A DNA stretch of 64,000 bases from the human T2T-CHM13v2.0 reference genome, Homo sapiens. A model generated the notes under the pieces. It was not told the DNA's origin. It did not search any database and worked only from the letters and a program-made list of their open reading frames with translations. Within the stretch, counting starts at the first letter, position 1. Every line of letters begins with the position of its first letter. Shown in pieces: positions 57,961 through 64,000 of this stretch. The DNA lies in the NCBI RefSeq assembly GCF_009914755.1, contig NC_060934.1, one strand, 5' to 3'. The position numbers and the translations under genes are program-made.

Positions 57961-59112
57961 CTGACTATATAACCCTGAATCCCCACAACTCTCTGGCTCT
58001 CTTGGAAATTCCATGACCTCCTGAGTGACCTACCTTTTAATGAATCTCCTTCCTGCACAGCCAGCCAGATGTATTTCTCCAGGGATGAGCTAAGAACCCC
58101 AACGGCCTGAGTAGGCCTTTGTTGGAGGAGGTCTTAGTTTCCAACTGAGCATGCAGATCAAGGAGGTGGCCATGAGTGGTGCCAAGGAACACAAGAGTCA
58201 CCTGAAAGCACTCAGGGCAGGCCAAGTGAGCCCTCAATGCAGAGGGTGATAGACACAGCAGAGGGTGACTCATTTCCGTCCCTGCTGGCACCTGGGCTGC
58301 AGCTTCTGTGAATGAAGAGGTGTTAGAACAGCACCTATCGGGAGCATCCTTAGGCCAGAATGAAGAGGTGCAAAGTGAGCGGTTCATATGCTCAAACAAG
58401 CCTTAAAACTACACCTGCAGTAACAGAACCTGTTACCAGCAGGAGACGGAATGGTGGGGCCAAACCCCAGGTACCTGAACGAGGAGAAGGGACAGAGTGA
58501 AATGCCTTGATGTGCAGATATAACGTTCCCCTTCCTAAGACGTTCATCTAGGAATGAAGCCTGGGCTGCTGATGGTGATGTTTGCCGTAACACATTGGCA
58601 GCATTTGGAAGCAGATCAGGGAGCAGTAGTGAGGTTATCGCAACACCAAGCTTCAAATCCACCTGTCCCTTTTGCATGCAGAATGTCAGGATCTGTGATT
58701 AATGGAGGCCTGTAGCCCAACAAATGAGAGGAGGTGTCATTGTTTGGGCTGCTCTCTGCTCTGATTAAATAATTAATCACTCCCTAATTATGAAAGACAA
58801 AACTTTGCATCCTGCCCCACAGACCTTCCAAGGGACTTATTTGGGGAGTAACAATTTAGAGGAGATGTGATTTCCAGCTTCTCAGAAAGCCCATGGCCAA
58901 GCAAGGCTGAGGGAATATGTGGAATGTGCATATCCCTCTGTTAGGTAATGAGTTCTCCAGGGCAGAGCAGGTGACAGCTGTTCCAGGACTATAAAATATG
59001 GGTTAATTTGAAGCAGCTTGCACCTTGATTCTTGCAGACTTACAAAGGACACTTTAGGGAGGAAGTTCAATGTCATCTGCTTTTTTTTTTTTTTTTTTTC
59101 CTGGGCAACTAG

Positions 59113-59127
59113 GCATGAGGATGACAG
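59113..59127 (+). other. Candidate 15-nt microexon
   Basis: T19 tract, first downstream AG at 59111-59112, 15 nt, then consensus CAG|GTAAGT. Confidence 0.25.
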
Positions 59128-59199
59128 GTAAGTGTGTGGACAGAGCTATTTGCATCTTTTCTTGCCAGGATGGGCCTGACAATGGGTCCACTTCCTTCC

Positions 59200-59645
59200 A
59201 TCTCCCAGGAGATAGGCAAATCATCAGGAATTATATTCCTTTATACCTCCATCATCCCTGACACCACCATTCGGCCTACCGACATCTGTTTCCCAAGCCG
59301 AGTTCCTCCATCCCTTTACGTACACTGCTTTTTTTTTTCTGAAGTCTTGAGCCTTCATATGTCCCTCTGCCTAGTTTATTTCTTTCTTAGGTCTAAACTC
59401 AGTTCAGTGTCACTTCCTTCAGGAAGCCTTCCTTGAGTTCCCTGCCTGATGCCAATACCCTCTCCCATACTCCCAGAGCACTTATGCAGGTTGCTTCCCT
59501 CTAGATGCCAAGCTTCTTGGTATTTTAAGTTCCTCCATACAGCAGCTGTTAGCAAATGTTTGCTGAATGAATAAATGAACACATGGATGTATAAATCAAT
59601 CTTATTCACTACTCAGTAGATTATTAATTCGTTGAATGAATAAAT
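59200..59645 (+). mobile_element. L2 3' region
   Basis: gtcacttccttcaggaagccttcc, aaatgtttgctgaatgaataaatgaa. Confidence 0.65.
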
Positions 59646-60084
59646 GAACAATGTGAGCTAAACGTTTCCAGAGAACTATGGTAGAGACTGGTGGCTGTTC
59701 CCCAAACCTTCTTCCTGAGCATGCATTTTCCACCTTTCCTTGCAGTTAGTGGAGGGTGAGGGGGAAAACCTGGGATCACTTCTAGTTTTTTGGGGAGCAG
59801 AGCCCTCCCTGCTGCTTTGATTTTACGTGAGTGAGAAATAAACATCTATGACATGCAGACACTGAGACCCAGGGGGCCTGTCTGTTACAGCAGCTACTCT
59901 TGCCTTAACCAGCACACAACCTGCTAGCTGCAAAGCCTGTCTCCTGGCTGATGTCCCTTCACATGGCACTGAGGTGTGGGCATCTTGGCTGGCTGTCAGA
60001 GAGCAGCTTTGCTCTCCTCCCTGACTGGAAAGCAATGGGATTTAAGAGCAGTTTTCTGGGTGTGATCTTACCCTGCTGTAACCT

Positions 60085-60600
60085 AGATCAGTATGCCTCA
60101 CCCTGTCATGTACTTTATCCCTGTAATGTACATATGAATCACCTGGGGACTTTGCTAAAACACAGATTCTGGCCGGGTGTGGTGGCTCACACCTGTAATC
60201 CCAGCACTTTGAAAGGTTGAGTTGGGTGGATCACCTGAGGTCAGGAGTTCAAGACTGGCCTGGCCAACCTGGTGAAACCCCGTCTCTAGTAAACATACAA
60301 AAGTTAGCCGGGCATGGTGGCGTGCACCTGTAGTCCCAGCTACTTGGAAGGCTTAGACAGGAGAATTGCCTGAACCTGGGAGGCGGAGATTGCAGTTAGC
60401 CAAGGTCGCACTACTGCACTCCAGCCTGGGCAGCAGAGTGAGACTCTGTCTCAAAACAGAACAAAAAACAAAAAAACCAAAACAAACAAAAAACACAGAT
60501 TCTGATTCAGTGGGCCCAAAATGGGCCTGGAAATTTTGCATTTCTAACAAGCCACCAGGTGATGCTAATGTTGCTTATTCACACACCACGCTTTGAGGAG
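60085..60600. mobile_element. MER5A-like hAT element interrupted by an Alu
   Basis: gaatcacctgggga...ttgctaaaacacagattct [Alu] gattcagtggg...tgcatttctaacaag...ggtgatgctaatg. Confidence 0.75.
60171..60489 (+). mobile_element. Alu (AluS-type)
   Basis: Perfect 14-bp TSD aaaacacagattct (60157-60170, 60490-60503). Confidence 0.96.
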
Positions 60601-60859
60601 TAAGAGTTTAAAAGAGGGGCTATCAGCTACAGTCACCTGTTACCTGGAGTGAATGCCACTGAGAGGTGTGAAAGGGCAAAGCAACATCCCTGGAGCAGGT
60701 CTCAGAATCCCAGAAGGCTGGTCTCAAACAGGTCGCTCCCTCCTCCCCTGGAACTTCTGATTTTACTGGTCGGGCCTGAAAACCTGCATCTCTCACAAGC
60801 CTAAGAGCATGTCGATGCTAGCATTCCAGGGACTCCTTGCTGAAAACCATTGGCTTTAG

Positions 60860-61310
60860 GGTTGACAGCGTGAACTTGGGGGCCATTCCGGCTGGCTTTG
60901 AACCTAGGCTTTCCCACCTACAACTCTGAACTCTGGAAACTAACAAGTTACTTACACTCCTCATGCCTCCATTTTCTCATTGGTTAAATGGAGAGGATGC
61001 TAGTGATGGTGTTCACATGAGAAGGTTGCAGTAAGGATTATGCCAAGATATGGAAAGCCTGTGTCTGGCACAGAATGGTTTTCTACTAGCATTAGCTAGT
61101 GCTGTTACACTATTAGAAAGTGCACCTGTAGATGTTAGAGAGACTTAGGTTCTAACTTTAGCTCATCCCCTAACAACGCTGTCTCTGAGCAAATTACCTA
61201 ACCTCTCTAAGCTGCATTGTCTCCATTTGTTAAATGGAAATCAAAGCCTTTGCTTTGTAAAGGATGTTGTGGGGATTAAACGAGAAAATGCATATAAAGC
61301 ATCACATAAC
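60860..61310 (+). mobile_element. Two MIR copies
   Basis: caagttacttacactcctcatgcctccattttctcat and aaattacctaacctctctaagc cores. Confidence 0.65.
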
Positions 61311-61429
61311 ACAAAAGTAGCCATTGCTAAAATCAATTACAACAAGACTGACTTCTGGCAGATTGACATATGTTCTTGCCCTGCCATAAAAAGCCACCAA
61401 GCTCACAAGGTTTTTTTTATACGTAAAAA

Positions 61430-62095
61430 ACGTTTTTAATTGACAAATAATTGTACATACTCATGGGGTGTGTATTAGTCTAGTCTCGCATTGCTATAAA
61501 GAAATACCTGAGATTGGGTAATTTATAAAGAAAAGAGGTTTAATTGCTTCCTGGGTCTGCAGGCTGTGCAGGAAACATAATGCTGGCATCTGCTTGGCTT
61601 CTGGGGAGGCCTCAGGAAACTTACAATCACGGCAGAATGTGAAGCGGGGAGCAGGCATATCACACGGGTAGAGAAGGAGCAAGTGGGGTGGGGGGTAGGG
61701 GAGGGCTGCTACACACTTTTAAATGATTAGTTCTCGCGAGACCTCACTTACTATCATGACCAAGGTGGATGGTGCTAAACCATTCATGAGAAACCACCCT
61801 CATGAACAAATCACCTCCCACCAGGACCCACCTGCAACATTGGGGATTGCAACTGAACACAGGATTTGGGTGGGGACACAGATCCAAACCATTTCAGGGT
61901 TTATAGCGATGTTTCAATACATATACTGTATAGTGATGAGATGGGGATAATTAACATATCCATCATCTCAAACATTTATCATTTCCTTGTGTTGGGAACA
62001 TTCAGTATCTTCCTTCTAGCCATTTGAAACTGTTTAATATATTGTTGCTAACTATCATCATCCTACAGTGGTATAGAACACTGATACTTATTTGA
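61430..62095 (-). mobile_element. L1MA-like 3' end interrupted by an MST LTR
   Basis: ttttaattgacaaataattgtacata...catatccatcatctcaaacatttatcatttc. Confidence 0.8.
61471..61896 (-). mobile_element. MSTA-like solo LTR
   Basis: tgtattagtc...gatccaaaccatttca; TSD gggtg/gggtt. Confidence 0.9.
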
Positions 62096-63477
62096 TGATT
62101 ATAGAAGCTGGGGAATGAATATAAGGAACTTCATTATACTATTCTATTTTTGAATATATTTGGAAATTTCAATATTAAAAAACCTTTTAAACTATTTGCA
62201 AAAAAAACAAAAAACAAAAAACAAAACAAAACTAAAACCACCGAGGCTGCATGACCCTTGCAAGTTGCTGAGGTAGGCAGTCAGCTGGAGCGAAACTGTT
62301 GCAACATTTCTTGTATATTGAGAGGCCGCGAGTTTGAGCCACTCCTGTTAGTTCGAACCAGTCCTGTTCCCAAGACTCCCTGCAGGCACAGGCTTGGCCA
62401 TCATTCCAGCTCTGCCCCAGCAGTATTCCTTCATGCCAGCATCTTTGGGTTTCTGGATGAAGTTTTCAGCAACTGCATAAAATTCCATTTCTCTTGCCAG
62501 CTGGGCAAGAGATAGCTTCATGAAAACAAAGCCAGAATACATGGGGCCAGAAAACTCCTAGCCTTCTTCCTGCATAGGAAAACTGGATTTCTCTAGAAGG
62601 CTCAAGCTCCTGGGTAGAGCTCCTGGGCCACTTAATTGGGCAGTCCCCCATCTTTGTTTCTGGTAGTGAAGGGGCCCAGGTTGGTCTCCTTTCTAAGTCT
62701 CTATACACAAAGCCCTTCTTCAGTGGAAAAGTCTTGACATATACTAGAAGTCTCATTCACCTTTCAGAGCCTTCAAGAATCCTGATGTGCTTTGACTCCT
62801 GTTCCTGGGAGAGGCCACAGAACTGTTCTGGAGCTGAAGTTCAAGTTCAAATATCCATCACTGTTACTAAGCCTTTACATAGCATGTTATTTGTTTCCAG
62901 CGGGCTCCGTGGTCACTTAAGCTTGCTTGTATCTATCTAAATGGAGTGGTTTTCACCCTCATTTAGGTAACGTCTTGCACCTTTCATACTGAGATTGGCC
63001 ATTTTATTTGCAACTCATTCTGCAACCCATTTGCTCCTCCAATGTCCCTTATAAGGATGCAGAGGATTCCGTAAAATGCCACAGAGACCTGCGTTTAGGG
63101 CAAATATTTGATCAAAAGTCCACCAACTCACATGAGTAACACTTCTGGCAACCTGTGCAATGCTGGTACAAAGTAAATGAAACTGTCCTGAGCAGGTGTT
63201 ACAAATGCCCTCCCTGAGAGTCTCCAGGGCCTCTTTATTCAAGCACAGCAGTGTGGTCCAACCAGATCAGAGTCAGGAGACACAAGTTTTAATTCCAGCT
63301 TTCTCAAAATCTCCTTTTGTGAGCTTAGACATAATTACAGCACCTGGGTACTAAACACCTCTGTTCCAGGTGCCATGATCATTGCCTGAGTTGTAATTCT
63401 CGCAGCAGCCCTGCAGGATACCTGCTATTACCCCCATTTCACAGATAAGCAAACTGAAGCTCAGACGAATTTAAGTG

Positions 63478-63801
<324 letters not shown>

Positions 63802-64000
63802 GAATATAAGTGGCTCAATCTGTAACAAGTGGTACAATCAAGATTGCAACCCAGGGGTGACTGATCACCAAACGGGATTGTATCCAGCACTGCATTACCT
63901 TTCCTGGCCTCATTTTTCTCACCTGTAAAAAGGCATGTTTAGAGTGTGTGTAATTTTTCACCTCTAGCTGAGCCCTTCCTTGGTGACCCATGATAACACC

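Overview
This is primate, most likely human, non-coding genomic DNA (intronic or intergenic). About 20 Alu/FLAM copies are present, many with readable target-site duplications (TSDs). There are also MIR, L1 and L2 relics, solo LTRs (MER74-, MLT1-, MST-, THE1- and LTR16-like), DNA-transposon relics (MER8, Tigger2a, MER5, MER81) and simple repeats. I find no supportable protein-coding gene, rRNA, tRNA or CRISPR array. The ORF track is explained by Alu, L1, LTR or microsatellite read-through and by chance ORFs. I could not identify the locus. Repeat-family names come from recalled consensus sequences, not a database search. The most interesting unexplained signals are: (1) a possible decayed Gypsy-like gag/protease fossil on the minus strand at ~12.1-13.9 kb; (2) three plus-strand exon-like units, including an ATG-bearing exon at 52.9-53.1 kb and a 15-nt microexon candidate at 59.1 kb, with compatible intron phases; (3) a 15-unit 17/18-bp minisatellite with higher-order structure; (4) a ~140-bp non-tandem local duplication; (5) several dense transcription-factor motif clusters. 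None is demonstrated to be a new biological system.
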